In this document: piece by piece, positions 19,315 to 29,999 of the stretch
How positions within the stretch are numbered: the first letter of the stretch is position 1
Layout: each line of letters opens with the position of its first letter
Assembly (NCBI GenBank): GCA_965198225.1
Contig: CBDAOY010000007.1
Location: 990,045-1,054,044, forward strand
Length of the DNA stretch: 64,000 nt
Direction: 5' to 3'
Origin: Terriglobia bacterium
GTDB taxonomy: Bacteria; Acidobacteriota; Terriglobia; 20CM-2-55-15
Program-made: the position numbers and the translations under genes
The notes under the pieces: generated by a model
Databases searched by the model: none
The model's input: the letters and a program-made list of their open reading frames with translations, nothing else
What the model was told of the DNA's origin: nothing

Positions 19315-20523
19315 ATGAGATCGCCGGATTCGATCGTCACCTCCACCACTGTTCGGTTGCGGCTGCAGCGTCTGCGGTTGGACCCCCGTGTCCAGGCCGC
19401 CATCGAGTTCTTTCGCCGGAACGTTGAGGAGATCGAAGAGGAGCAGGTCCGGATCACCAGGATTCCTGCACCACCGTTCGAGGAAGCCGAGCGGGCTGAC
19501 CACTTCCTCCGACGTCTGACCGATTCCGGCTTTGACGCCACGAGGGACGCCATCGGCAACGTGATTGCGATCTTTGAGGAGTCCGGGTCGGACCCCCTGG
19601 TCGTCGGTGCCCATCTGGACACGGTTTTTCCCCGCGACACCCCCCTGGAACTCGACCGCCGTCCGCCCGTGTTGAGGCTTCCCGGCATCACCGACAACGG
19701 GACGGGTCTGGTGGCGGGAATCTGGCTGTTCCGGGCTGCTCGTGAAGCGGGAATGGAGTTCGAACGGCCTTTGCTGCTCGTCGGTAACGTCGGCGAGGAA
19801 GGGGTCGGCAACCTGAGGGGGATCCGCCATCTGTTTGAGAATCCTCCCTGGTCGGGTGATAGCTGCGAGTTCGTCGCACTCGACGGTGCCGGCCTTCAAC
19901 GCATCACCGTCTGTGGTCTGGGGAGTCGAAGGTTTCGCGTCCGAATGACGGGGCCCGGAGGTCACAGTTGGGCGGACTTCCCCAGGCCGAACCCCATCGA
20001 CGCGCTGGCGGTCGCAATCCAGGATCTGAATCTGGCGCTCCGGGACCCGCCGCCCGGAACCACCCATAATGTCGGCGTCATACACGGTGGCATCTCCGTC
20101 AACGCGATACCGTCAGAGGCGTACATGGAAGTCGATCTCCGTGCAACTTCCGAGACGAACCTCGACGATATGGAGCGTTGCTTCCGCTCTGCTGCGACGC
20201 GCGCCGCCGAGCGGGTCGGCGTAACGTGTGACATCGAGGTGATCGGCAGGCGCCCTTCCGGCGAAACTTCACCGGGAGCGGGCCTGGTACAGACGGCGGT
20301 CGAAGCGACGCGGCTGTGCGGCGTCGAGCCCATCCTGGATATCGGCTCGACCGATGCCAATGTCCCGATGTCTCTGGGTATTCCGGCGTTATCCATCGGA
20401 GGTGGTGGGAGCGGCGGCAACATCCACAGCCTTGAGGAGTGGTTCGACCCGACGGGTCGGCACGTCGGGTTGGAACGCCTTCTGCTGCTGGTCGCTGTCC
20501 TGGCTGGCCTGAAGGCGGCATGA
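19315..20523 (+). CDS. M20-family metallopeptidase (peptidase T / ArgE / DapE-like)
   Basis: 402 aa; HLDTVFP, DNGTGL, GEEG motifs. Confidence 0.8.
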   Translation: MRSPDSIVTSTTVRLRLQRLRLDPRVQAAIEFFRRNVEEIEEEQVRITRIPAPPFEEAERADHFLRRLTDSGFDATRDAIGNVIAIFEESGSDPLVVGAHLDTVFPRDTPLELDRRPPVLRLPGITDNGTGLVAGIWLFRAAREAGMEFERPLLLVGNVGEEGVGNLRGIRHLFENPPWSGDSCEFVALDGAGLQRITVCGLGSRRFRVRMTGPGGHSWADFPRPNPIDALAVAIQDLNLALRDPPPGTTHNVGVIHGGISVNAIPSEAYMEVDLRATSETNLDDMERCFRSAATRAAERVGVTCDIEVIGRRPSGETSPGAGLVQTAVEATRLCGVEPILDIGSTDANVPMSLGIPALSIGGGGSGGNIHSLEEWFDPTGRHVGLERLLLLVAVLAGLKAA

Positions 20524-20713
20524 CCGACGTTTCGGAAAGACGAAGCGATTGTGCAACCTCCAGGGCGCGGAGATGCCCGTGACCTTCCCGCCCTGGATCG
20601 GAAAGCGCCCAATCTGAAATCTCAAATCTGCTATTTCGAACTTCCAATATTCCTGGACCGCTCCGTCCTGCCTCGCCATAATCTCAGTTCACCAACTACC
20701 CCAAGGAGACCGA

Positions 20714-22300
20714 ATGATGAAGCGTTCATGGCAAGTACCGTCGCCGCGAGTGTATTTGCCGATCCTGCTTGTCCTCCTGCTGACGTTTCCCATCGCAGCC
20801 CAGATGCAGGAAACCGTGGACCTCGACGCCATTTACCGCATCAAGGACGAAGGGTTCAACCGATCCCAGGTAATGGACATCATGAGTTACCTGACCGACG
20901 TCCACGGGCCGCGGCTGACCGGGTCCCCCAACATCAGGGAAGCGGCAGAGTATGCCAGGAGCAAGCTCATCGAGTGGGAACTGGTCAACGTAGACCTGGA
21001 GAAGTGGGGTCCGTTCGGCCGCGGCTGGACCAACGATCGCTTCTCGGCCCACATGATGACCGGGGGACACGCTTACCCGATCATCGGATACACGAAGGCA
21101 TGGACTCCAGGAACGGACGGGGCCGTCAGTGGTGAAGTCGTGATCGCCGACATCGGGTCGGCCGCGGACTTCGACGAATACCGTGGCCAATTGCGCGGCA
21201 AGTTCGTTCTCATCTCTCCGATGCCGGCCGTTCCGGCGCTTTTTGACCCTCCTGCAGTTCGGCTGACCGACGAAATGCTGACCCAGCGTGCGATGCAGCG
21301 GCAGGCGCGGGGGCGCCGGGGCGGTCGCGGCCGAGGCGGTCGGGGTGGAGCCAGTTTCCGGCAGGAGCGGACACAGTACTTCGTCGATGAAGGCGTGGCG
21401 GCGCTTCTAGAGCCGGGTCGCGGGTCGGGAGGAACCGTGTTTGTCGGCGGCGGCGGTTCGCGCGATCCAGAAGCGGATCCGGTGCCCGTCCAGATCGTGC
21501 TGGCGGTGGAGCATTACGGCCGCATGTACCGGACGCTGCAGAGAAATGTCCCGGTCACGATGCAGATGGATGTCGCCAATACGTTCTACGACGACGACCT
21601 GGATGCCTTCAACGTGATCGGTGAGATACGTGGGGACGACAGGGCCGACGAGGTCGTCATGCTCGGTGCGCACTTCGATTCGTGGCACTCCGGCACCGGC
21701 GCGACCGACAACGCCGCCGGCTCGGCGGTCATGATGGAGGCCGTTCGGATCCTGAAGGAAACAGGACTGCGCATGCGTCGAACTGTCCGGATCGGACTCT
21801 GGACTGGGGAGGAACAGGGGTTGCTCGGTTCCCGGGCCTACGTCGGCGACCACTTCGGGGATCGAAGGACGATGGAGTTGAAGCCCGACCATGAGAAGTT
21901 CTCGGGGTATTTCAATGTCGACAACGGTACCGGCGCCATCCGCGGGGTGTACCTGCAGGGCAACGAGGCGATCGCTCCCGTTTTCGAGGCCTGGATGAAA
22001 CCCTTCGAGAACCTCGGCATGACGACGCTGGCGATTCGCAACACGGGAGGAACCGATCACCTTTCCTTCGACGCGATCGGCCTGCCGGGCTTTCAGTTTA
22101 TCCAGGATCCGGTGGAATACGGCAGCAGGACCCATCATTCCAGCATGGACGTATACGAGCGGATTCAACCCATGGATATGATGAAGAACGCTGTCATCGT
22201 TGCATCGTTCGTCTACCACACGGCCAATCGCGAGGAGCTCCTCCCGCGCAAGCCGCTGCCGCGGCCCCGGGACCGGGGAGGAAGGGGGCGGGGGCAGTAG
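20714..22300 (+). CDS. M28-family aminopeptidase with PA domain, secreted
   Basis: 528 aa; signal peptide; GAHFDSWHSGTGATDNAAG zinc-ligand motif; C-terminal RG-rich tail. Confidence 0.85.
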   Translation: MMKRSWQVPSPRVYLPILLVLLLTFPIAAQMQETVDLDAIYRIKDEGFNRSQVMDIMSYLTDVHGPRLTGSPNIREAAEYARSKLIEWELVNVDLEKWGPFGRGWTNDRFSAHMMTGGHAYPIIGYTKAWTPGTDGAVSGEVVIADIGSAADFDEYRGQLRGKFVLISPMPAVPALFDPPAVRLTDEMLTQRAMQRQARGRRGGRGRGGRGGASFRQERTQYFVDEGVAALLEPGRGSGGTVFVGGGGSRDPEADPVPVQIVLAVEHYGRMYRTLQRNVPVTMQMDVANTFYDDDLDAFNVIGEIRGDDRADEVVMLGAHFDSWHSGTGATDNAAGSAVMMEAVRILKETGLRMRRTVRIGLWTGEEQGLLGSRAYVGDHFGDRRTMELKPDHEKFSGYFNVDNGTGAIRGVYLQGNEAIAPVFEAWMKPFENLGMTTLAIRNTGGTDHLSFDAIGLPGFQFIQDPVEYGSRTHHSSMDVYERIQPMDMMKNAVIVASFVYHTANREELLPRKPLPRPRDRGGRGRGQ

Positions 22301-22339
22301 GTCGTAGGCCGTAGGCAGTTGTGCGCGGGGGTCCGTTCA

Positions 22340-22440
22340 GCTTAACGGTCCGCGAGAGAGCCATCGTGAGGGGACAGGGCTAGCCCTGTCCCAGGGTGTT
22401 CGCTGAGCAGAAAAGTCGGCAAACGACGGAACGCTCTCAC
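22340..22440. repeat. Inverted copy of the ~135-bp intergenic repeat family (hairpin GGACAGGGCTAGCCCTGTCC)
   Basis: Reverse complement of 32131-32400 units aligns (GTCCGCGAGAGAGCCATCGTGAGGGGACAGGGCTAGCCCTGTCC). Confidence 0.5.
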
Positions 22441-22494
22441 GGACAGTTCCGTTATACTGTGATGATAGGCGCCATCTAGAACGGGGAGAAGATC

Positions 22495-23055
22495 ATGAGT
22501 GGTAATCAGGTTGAGGTCACGCGCGATTGTGAGGTAGTCGAAATTCCCGGCGGACAGACGCACCACTTGACGAAGGGAACCGCCGTCGCCATCACGCAGG
22601 CGCTCGGCGGATCCTACACGTTGATGGTGCCTTCACACGGGGGCCTGTTCCGACTGGCAGGGCGCGATGCCGACGCGATCGGCAAGGATCCGACTGAAGA
22701 GTCGACCGAAAGCGGCGCCGCGGCAGAACCTCTGGATTCCGAGCAGCTCGAAACGGAAATCTGGGCGCAGCTCAAAACGTGTTTCGACCCCGAAATCCCG
22801 GTCAACATCGTCGACCTCGGGCTGATCTACGGCATGACAGTGTCTCCTCTCGAAGATGGAGGAAACCACGTTGCGGTTCAGATGACGCTCACGGCTCAAG
22901 GTTGTGGGATGGGTGATTCGATTGCCGCCGACGCCCAGCACAAAATCCGACGCATCCCCCAGGTTGCCACCGCGGACGTGCAGGTGGTATGGGATCCTCC
23001 CTGGACGCCCGATAAGATGTCCTCTGAAGGCAAGGCGATGCTCGGGATCGGCTAG
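22495..23055 (+). CDS. DUF59/MIP18-family (SufT-like Fe-S assembly) protein with N-terminal extension
   Basis: C-terminal IW..LK.CFDPEIPVNIVDLGLIY....VQMTLTAQGCGMGD...VWDPPWTPDKMS. Confidence 0.7.
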   Translation: MSGNQVEVTRDCEVVEIPGGQTHHLTKGTAVAITQALGGSYTLMVPSHGGLFRLAGRDADAIGKDPTEESTESGAAAEPLDSEQLETEIWAQLKTCFDPEIPVNIVDLGLIYGMTVSPLEDGGNHVAVQMTLTAQGCGMGDSIAADAQHKIRRIPQVATADVQVVWDPPWTPDKMSSEGKAMLGIG

Positions 23056-23129
23056 CCAGGCCAGCTTCCAACCCAAGAAGGGGGCGGGCGTGACGCGCCC
23101 GCTTCTCCATCAAAGTTTTTGGGATCTTT

Positions 23130-23250
23130 CGGCAACATAGCGGTCTAATTGCAAACCGCGATATTGACTAATCCGCATTGCATGTTGTTCATTGGAGATT
23201 GCTTCACTTCAAATTTTCGGGAACAAATCTCCCGGGAGTTACCGGCCTTA
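23130..23250. repeat. AT-rich element related to 37195-37484 (CATTGCATGTTGTTCATTGGAGATTGCTTCACTTCAAATTT)
   Basis: ~75% identity over ~70 bp with 37270-37345; stands out against GC-rich background. Confidence 0.45.
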
Positions 23251-23301
23251 GCGCTGATCCCGGAACTCCAAGTTTTTCGCTTCACTGGTACAGGCCACTA
23301 G

Positions 23302-25374
23302 ATGACTCGACGAGAGCACGTTGACCTGAACTATCCCGAGTCGAGACGTGTCGATCAGGTCGACGACTATCACGGGCACCCCGTGGCCGATCCCTACCGG
23401 TGGCTCGAAGACATGGATTCGGATGAAACACGCAGCTGGATCGCGGCGCAGAACGAAATCACCGAACAGTTTCTTGATCGGGTGCCCGGAAGGAGCGAGA
23501 TCCTCCAACGCGTGACGGAGCTGTGGAACTTCGAGCGATTCGGGGTTCCGATCAGAGAGGGAGGACGCTACTTCTACTTCCGTAACAGCGGCCTGGAGAA
23601 TCAGGCCGTCCTGTACACGATGGAACAACTGGATGGCGAACCGCGCGTCCTTTTGGATCCGAACACGATGTCGGTGGATGGCACGCTCGCACTTGTGGCA
23701 TACGCGCCCAGCCGTGATGGAAGGTTCCTGGCCTACAGCGTGTCCACCAGCGGGTCCGACTGGCAGCATATACTCGTCCGCGACGTGGCCGGCGGAGCCG
23801 ATCTTGAGGACCGTCTCGATTGGGTCAAATTCTCGGACATTTCATGGACCGCGGACCACGAAGGCTTCTTCTACAGTTGCTACGACGCCCCTTCCGGCGA
23901 CGAATTCGCCGGCGAAAATTATTTCCAGAAGCTCTACTATCACCAGCTTGGAACTTCCCAGTCCGCAGATCGTCTCGTTTACGACAATCCCGACGAGCAG
24001 GAGTGGGGGTTCCTGGGTCACGTGACCGAGGACGGCCGTTACCTGGTCATTCACATCCGCAAAGGCTCGGGACCCAAACACTGCGTCTATTTCAAAGATC
24101 TCGACGAATCCGACGCCATGGACGATTGCGGGATCGTCAAACTGATGGACGGATTCGATGCGCGCTATGAGTTTGTCGGCAACGCTCGAGACGAGTTCTG
24201 GTTCCTTACCGATCGTGACGCTCCCCGTGCGCGGCTCGTGGGGGTCGACCTGGGACGAAGCGATCCGTCCCAGTGGCGGGAGATCATCCCGGAGGGTGAT
24301 GCCACGCTCGAGGCGGTCGTCGCGGCCGGCGAAGGCTTCGTCGCCCGCTTTCTCGAACACGCTCGCAGTCGAGTGGAGCTGTACGGTAGGGACGGCGGGC
24401 ATGTCCGGGAGTTGGAACTCCCCGGCATCGGGTCCGTAGTGGGTTTCTTCGGTAAAGCCGGCGGCACCGAAGCGTTCTACGCGTTTACGGATTTCACCAG
24501 TGCGCCAACCATTTACCGGTACGATGTCGCGACGGGTAAGAACGAGGTTTTCCGGAGTCCTCAGATCGACGTCGTGGGGAGCCGGTTCGAAACCCGACAG
24601 GTCTTCTACCAGAGCAGCGACGGAACGACGGTTCCGATGTTTCTCGTCCACCGGACCGACCTGGAGCTGGACGGGAACAACCCGACCCTGCTCTACGGTT
24701 ACGGCGGCTTCAACATATCGATGACCCCGGCGTTCTCCGTGCGCAACCTTGCCTGGCTCGAGATGGGCGGGGTTTATGCGGTCGCAAACATCCGGGGTGG
24801 CGGCGAATACGGTGAGGAGTGGCACCAGGCCGGAATCCGCCGCAACAAGCAGAACGGGATCGATGATTTCATCGCCGCGGCCGAATGGCTGACATCGAAC
24901 CGCTACACGAGCCCCAACCGCCTCGCGATCCACGGTGGGAGCAACGGCGGAATGCTCGTCGGGGCGTGCATGACGCAGCGACCCGACCTTTTCGCGGCTG
25001 TCGTGTCGGCGGTCGGTGTGATGGACCTGCTGCGTTTCGACAAGTTCACGATCGGATGGGCATGGCGCTCTGATTACGGGTCGCCGGACGATCCGGACGA
25101 CTTCAACATCCTCCGTGCCTGTTCGCCGTACCACAATCTACGAGAAGGAACAGAATACCCGGCGACGATGATCACCACCGGCGACCACGACGACCGTGTC
25201 GTCCCCTGTCACAGTTTCAAGTTCGCGGCAGCACTGCAGTCGGCGCAAGCCGCCAGGAGCGCTGCGGTGATACGGATCGGGGTCTCCGCGGGCCACGGCA
25301 TGGGTAAGCCGACTTCGATGCAGATCGAGGAGGCCGCCGACGTCCTGACCTTCCTCAAGCACTCGGTCATGTGA
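23302..25374 (+). CDS. Prolyl oligopeptidase (S9A family)
   Basis: 690 aa; N-term beta-propeller, catalytic GGSNGG serine motif, C-term D/H. Confidence 0.9.
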   Translation: MTRREHVDLNYPESRRVDQVDDYHGHPVADPYRWLEDMDSDETRSWIAAQNEITEQFLDRVPGRSEILQRVTELWNFERFGVPIREGGRYFYFRNSGLENQAVLYTMEQLDGEPRVLLDPNTMSVDGTLALVAYAPSRDGRFLAYSVSTSGSDWQHILVRDVAGGADLEDRLDWVKFSDISWTADHEGFFYSCYDAPSGDEFAGENYFQKLYYHQLGTSQSADRLVYDNPDEQEWGFLGHVTEDGRYLVIHIRKGSGPKHCVYFKDLDESDAMDDCGIVKLMDGFDARYEFVGNARDEFWFLTDRDAPRARLVGVDLGRSDPSQWREIIPEGDATLEAVVAAGEGFVARFLEHARSRVELYGRDGGHVRELELPGIGSVVGFFGKAGGTEAFYAFTDFTSAPTIYRYDVATGKNEVFRSPQIDVVGSRFETRQVFYQSSDGTTVPMFLVHRTDLELDGNNPTLLYGYGGFNISMTPAFSVRNLAWLEMGGVYAVANIRGGGEYGEEWHQAGIRRNKQNGIDDFIAAAEWLTSNRYTSPNRLAIHGGSNGGMLVGACMTQRPDLFAAVVSAVGVMDLLRFDKFTIGWAWRSDYGSPDDPDDFNILRACSPYHNLREGTEYPATMITTGDHDDRVVPCHSFKFAAALQSAQAARSAAVIRIGVSAGHGMGKPTSMQIEEAADVLTFLKHSVM

Positions 25375-25413
25375 CGCTCACGTAGTGGGTCAGCTTGAAT
25401 TCAAACTGAACCA

Positions 25414-25688
25414 CTAGTGACCTGTAACAGTGCTATCGGTACCAGCGTTCGGCGGAACGGCGTCGGATTCTAGGAGTGACGCCCGAGCCAATGCTGTTTC
25501 ATTGCGAGGGCGTTACGACACCGAAGACGGCGCCGTTCCGACGAACCCTTCGGGCCGATGGGGGTTGCGGGCGATCTCTTTGTCGGAAGCCGTCACCGAT
25601 GAAAGAGCATCGCTTTCCGTCTCCCTCCTCGACCTCGCCCGCAAGACCCATCGGCGATGGTGCCGATAGCACTGTTACAGGCCACTAG
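25414..25688. mobile_element. MITE copy 1 (267 bp, ~27-bp imperfect TIRs TGACCTGTAACAGTGCTATCGG..., flanked by CTAG/CTAG target duplication)
   Basis: Left TIR 25418- , right TIR ending 25684; near-identical copy at 34709-34975; internal long stem potential; non-coding. Confidence 0.75.
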
Positions 25689-25760
25689 CACGCTGCCGGC
25701 TGCCTTGATCGAAAGCGTGCTGCGTGATAGTTTTCATCCCGTACGTTACGGAGAATTCCC

Positions 25761-27671
25761 ATGAAAAAGAACCGTCTTCCGGTGCGTTTGCTTACCGTTG
25801 CCGCAGCCACGCTGGCGGTGATCTCTTGCAGCGGCGTTTCAGCCGACAACGAGTTTTTCGGTCGCGTGACACCGCCTGAAGGACAGGTGATGCGCTACAT
25901 TTCGGGATCCGAGCCGGAATCGCTGGATCCGCCGGTATCTTCCGGGCAGCCCGAGGCTCGCCTCTACATGGCGCTGTTCGAGGGGTTGACCGACTACAAC
26001 CCGAAGACCGCCGGTCCGATCCCGGGTGTTGCGGAGAGCTGGGAAGCCAATGCGGACAACTCCGAGTTTGTCTTCCACCTCCGTGAAGATGCCCGTTGGA
26101 GCAATGGCGAACCGGTCAGAGCCGGGGATTTCGTCTACTCCTGGCGTCGTGCGCTATCGCCGGAGCTGGCGTCCAGAAATGCCTACCTCGCCTACGACAT
26201 CAAGTACGCGCAGGCCTACAACGAGGGCGGCGTGTTCGTCCTCGATCCTGAGACCGGGGAATTTCTCCGCGCGGTGGAGACGGCCCAGGGACCGTCCGAT
26301 TCGGAAGAGAACGATGAGTCCACCGGGGACACAGCCTTTCATGTCTTCATCCAGGGACCCACCCGTCTGACGCTCCCCGGGGACGAGGAGAGTCGTCAGG
26401 CGATGTTCGACGAAGATACTGAACTGGCGGGCCGGATGGCTGGGAAGGAATTCGTTCCCGTCCAGGCCGAGAGCATCGGCATCGAAGCCGTCGACGACCA
26501 TACCTTCCGCGCGACTCTGGCTCGACCGGCGCCGTACTTTGTCGGCCTCGTGGCGCACCAGACCTTCATGCCGGTCCTCCAGTGGGTCGTCGAACAGTAC
26601 GGTGAGGCCTGGACAAAGCCGGAAAACATCGTCACGAACGGCGCTTTCAAGCTGGAATCCCGGAAGCCGTACAACGAGATCGTCATGGTTCGGGACCCGA
26701 TGTACTGGGACGCGGACGCAGTGCGTCTCGACAAGCTCATCTTCTACCCGATGGAAGACGCAACGACGATGATGAATCTCTACAAGGCCGGAGAGGTCGA
26801 TGCTGTCTTCAATCATGTCGTTCCGGTGGCCTGGCTGGATCTGATCCGCCCCCTCGCCGACTACATGGATGCGCCCGAGAACGCGGTCGGGTACTACATG
26901 TTCAACGTGACGCGACCTCCTATGGACGACATCCGGGTGCGAAAGGCCTTCAACGCGTCCATCGACAAAGAGGCCCTGGCCCAGTACCGCCGGGTGACCA
27001 AGCCGCTGACTGCCTTCAGCCCCGAGGGAATCTACCCGGGTTACCCCCAGCCGAAGGGAGACCCGTTCGATCGGGAGCGGGCACGGAAGTGGCTCGCCGA
27101 GGCGGGCTACGTCGATGCGGCGGGCAACTACGATCCTTCCACCTTTCCGATTGAAGAGGTCGAACTGACATACAACACTTCGGAAAGCAACCGGCAGGTG
27201 GCGGAGTTCATCCAGGCGCAATGGAAGCAGAACCTGGGCTTGACGGTTCCGCTCAAGAACATGGAATGGAAGACATTCCTGGTTGTACGGGCGGCGCTGG
27301 ACTACAAGGGCATCGGGCGTGCCGGCTGGGTCGGCGACTACATGGATCCGTTTACTTTCCTCAATATCTTCTACACCGCCGGAGGGGACAACGGCACTGG
27401 CTGGTGGGACCCGGAATACGTGCGTTTGCTCGACGAGGCGAACACGACGCTGGATCCGGCGCGACGTTACGAACTGCTCGCTGAAGCCGAAGCATACATG
27501 CTCGCGGCACAGCCGATCATCCCGTTCGAGACCAACGCGACAAACTGGATGAAGAAGCCCTACGTGAAAGGTATGTATCCGAACCCGGGGACCCTCCATG
27601 CCTGGAAGTTCGTCTACATCGAACATGATCCGGCGAAATGGGACAGCGGCGTGCCGGATATGAGTCAGTAG
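25761..27671 (+). CDS. oppA: Peptide ABC transporter substrate-binding lipoprotein (SBP family 5, OppA/DppA-like)
   Basis: 636 aa; lipobox VISC signal; family-5 SBP architecture; heads oppBCDF. Confidence 0.9.
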   Translation: MKKNRLPVRLLTVAAATLAVISCSGVSADNEFFGRVTPPEGQVMRYISGSEPESLDPPVSSGQPEARLYMALFEGLTDYNPKTAGPIPGVAESWEANADNSEFVFHLREDARWSNGEPVRAGDFVYSWRRALSPELASRNAYLAYDIKYAQAYNEGGVFVLDPETGEFLRAVETAQGPSDSEENDESTGDTAFHVFIQGPTRLTLPGDEESRQAMFDEDTELAGRMAGKEFVPVQAESIGIEAVDDHTFRATLARPAPYFVGLVAHQTFMPVLQWVVEQYGEAWTKPENIVTNGAFKLESRKPYNEIVMVRDPMYWDADAVRLDKLIFYPMEDATTMMNLYKAGEVDAVFNHVVPVAWLDLIRPLADYMDAPENAVGYYMFNVTRPPMDDIRVRKAFNASIDKEALAQYRRVTKPLTAFSPEGIYPGYPQPKGDPFDRERARKWLAEAGYVDAAGNYDPSTFPIEEVELTYNTSESNRQVAEFIQAQWKQNLGLTVPLKNMEWKTFLVVRAALDYKGIGRAGWVGDYMDPFTFLNIFYTAGGDNGTGWWDPEYVRLLDEANTTLDPARRYELLAEAEAYMLAAQPIIPFETNATNWMKKPYVKGMYPNPGTLHAWKFVYIEHDPAKWDSGVPDMSQ

Positions 27672-27791
27672 CGTGAGGCCCAATGTCCAAAGTCCGAGGT
27701 TCAAAGTCCGAGGTCCAAAGTCCAAGGTCGAATGTCTGGAGATCAGTTAATGACGTCGGACAGTGGACTTCGGACCGTGGACTGATTCCCG

Positions 27792-28712
27792 ATGTTGCAT
27801 TTCATAATCCGCCGACTGATGGTGACGCTGCCGATGGTCCTGGTTGTCGTGTCGCTGACCTGGGCTTTGATCCGGCTGGCTCCCGGCAACTTCTACACGG
27901 GCGAGAAGCCGATTCCCCCAGCGATCGAAGCAAACCTCCGCGCCAAGTACGGGCTCGACCAGCCTTGGTACGTCCAGTACGGGAAGATGATCAGCAACAC
28001 GCTGAGGGGGGACTTCGGAAACTCGTTGCGATACCAGGGACAGTCGGTGAACGAGATCCTGGCTGCCTCGCTGCCGGTGTCGGCGGGGATTGGCTTCGCG
28101 GCATACCTGCTGGCCCTTCTCATCGGCGTGCTCGTCGGCACGGTCTCGGCGGTCAAACAGAATTCCAGCATGGACTACACGTCGATGGGCTTTGCCATGG
28201 TCGGCATCTCTGTGCCCAACTTCGTTCTCGGACCGATTCTGGTGCTGGCGTTCGCACTGACGCTGTTCTGGCTGCCTCCGGCCCGGTGGGAAGGCTTTTT
28301 CAGTGTCCATACCATTCTGCCCGTGATCACGCTGTCCGCAGTCTACATGGCCTACATCGCCCGGCTTGCGAGATCGGGAATGCTCGAGGTACTCCGATCC
28401 AACTACATCCGAACCGCGCGGGCCAAGGGTTTGGATGAGAAAACCGTCGTTGTGCGGCATGGCCTGAGGGGTGGACTGCTGCCCGTCGTTTCGTTCTCGG
28501 GTCCGGCTCTGGCCCTGCTCATATCGGGCACCGTAGTCGTCGAGCGCATTTTCGCGCTGCCGGGATTGGGAAACTATTTCATCAACGCCAACCTCAACCG
28601 CGATGAACCGTTGATCATCGGAATCGTCGCGTTTATGTCGATCTCGATCCTGATCTTCAATCTGCTGGTCGACATCGCGTATGGATTCCTGGACCCCAGG
28701 GTGAGGTATTGA
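27792..28712 (+). CDS. oppB: Peptide ABC transporter permease
   Basis: 306 aa; 6 TM; EAA-like loop IRTARAKGL. Confidence 0.9.
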   Translation: MLHFIIRRLMVTLPMVLVVVSLTWALIRLAPGNFYTGEKPIPPAIEANLRAKYGLDQPWYVQYGKMISNTLRGDFGNSLRYQGQSVNEILAASLPVSAGIGFAAYLLALLIGVLVGTVSAVKQNSSMDYTSMGFAMVGISVPNFVLGPILVLAFALTLFWLPPARWEGFFSVHTILPVITLSAVYMAYIARLARSGMLEVLRSNYIRTARAKGLDEKTVVVRHGLRGGLLPVVSFSGPALALLISGTVVVERIFALPGLGNYFINANLNRDEPLIIGIVAFMSISILIFNLLVDIAYGFLDPRVRY

Positions 28713-28898
28713 AGAAGTTATGCGTAGGCCGTTATCCGTTGTCGGAAGAGGAGCTACCAACTCACAACGACGTACCAACGGCCTACGGCCTACTGAACCG
28801 AGGAAGTTATGAGTAGTCAGCTGTCAGTAGTCAGTTTTGGGAAAGGGATGGCGTACCGCCCAACGGCCTACGGACAACGGCTTACGACTTATTGACGA
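28713..28898. repeat. Intra-operon REP-like repeats (GGCCGTTATCCGT / CCAACGGCCTACGG and AGTAGTCAG units)
   Basis: Same motifs as in 9760-10240 and 8370-8420. Confidence 0.5.
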
Positions 28899-29837
28899 AT
28901 GTCCCAGGTTACCGAAACCGAAGTTGTGGCCGGAACGTCCTTGTGGCGCGACGCATGGCGCCGCCTGCTTCGCAACAGGTTGGCCGTCATCGGCATGACT
29001 TTCGTCGCCTTGATCGTTCTCGCGTCGATCGTCGGCCCACCGATCATCGAGGCGACAACCGGTTTCACGTACGACTACATACCGGCTGATTCCTCGCAGA
29101 TTCGATCGTTCCCGCCATTCACGGCGCCTGACGGTTCCTTTTCCCTGACTCACCCGATGGGAACCGACGAGGCGGGGCGGGACATCCTCGCGAGAGTTCT
29201 GTTGGGCGGGCGAATCTCTCTCATGGTCGGAAGCATTTCGACGATCGTGTCCCTGCTCATCGGTGTGACATACGGGGCGACGGCCGGTTACGTGGGCGGC
29301 CGGGTCGATGACGGGATGATGCGCATCGTCGACGTGCTCTACGCGATTCCATACATGATGGTTGTGATCGTCCTGCTGGCTTTCTTCGGAGGTCAGTCGC
29401 CGCTGGGTCAGTTGTTTCTGTTGTTCTTCGCTCTCGGCGCCGTGTCGTGGCTGACGATGGCCCGAATCGTGCGGGGACAGGTGATCTCGTTGAAGAACCA
29501 GGAATTCGTCCTCGCCGCGCGCGCCGGGGGCGTGTCGACTCCAAAGATCATCTTCAGGCATCTCGTTCCGAACACGCTCGGACCGGTCGTCGTCTACGCG
29601 ACGTTAACGATCCCGTCCGTCATGCTGCTCGAGGCGTTCCTGTCTTTCCTGGGTCTCGGTGTCCAGGCTCCGCTCGCCTCGTGGGGGAGTCTCGCCGCGG
29701 ACGGCATCCGAAACATCGCCGTCTTCCCGTGGCAGCTGATCTTTCCCGGAGTGACGATGGCCGCGACGCTGTTCTCGTTGAACTTCATGGGTGACGGGCT
29801 CCGGGACGCCTTGGATCCGCAGATGCGAAAGATGTAA
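28899..29837 (+). CDS. oppC: Peptide ABC transporter permease
   Basis: 312 aa; DppC/OppC-type N-terminal domain and permease core. Confidence 0.9.
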   Translation: MSQVTETEVVAGTSLWRDAWRRLLRNRLAVIGMTFVALIVLASIVGPPIIEATTGFTYDYIPADSSQIRSFPPFTAPDGSFSLTHPMGTDEAGRDILARVLLGGRISLMVGSISTIVSLLIGVTYGATAGYVGGRVDDGMMRIVDVLYAIPYMMVVIVLLAFFGGQSPLGQLFLLFFALGAVSWLTMARIVRGQVISLKNQEFVLAARAGGVSTPKIIFRHLVPNTLGPVVVYATLTIPSVMLLEAFLSFLGLGVQAPLASWGSLAADGIRNIAVFPWQLIFPGVTMAATLFSLNFMGDGLRDALDPQMRKM

Positions 29838-29999
29838 GCACGGATTACACGGATGGACTTACACATACAGGAGGAAGACAAGCCACGGATTGCACGGATT
29901 ACACGGACAGGAAGAAGCCCGTGGTCTGCATTCCGAAAAGACTACTCCTAATCCGTTAAATCCGTGTAATCCGTGGCTTAGCAGTCTGAACATCAACGT
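29838..29999. repeat. Intra-operon repeat cluster: CACGGATTACACGGA x3 direct + 1 inverted (TCCGTGTAATCCGTGG)
   Basis: Visible in the 160-bp gap between oppC and oppD. Confidence 0.5.

Noticed and set aside
25430-25669. Conserved 79-aa ORF present in both MITE copies (also 34721..34960)
   Set aside because: Its conservation is explained by the element being a recent duplicate. It has no RBS or start context and sits inside a long self-complementary non-autonomous element.
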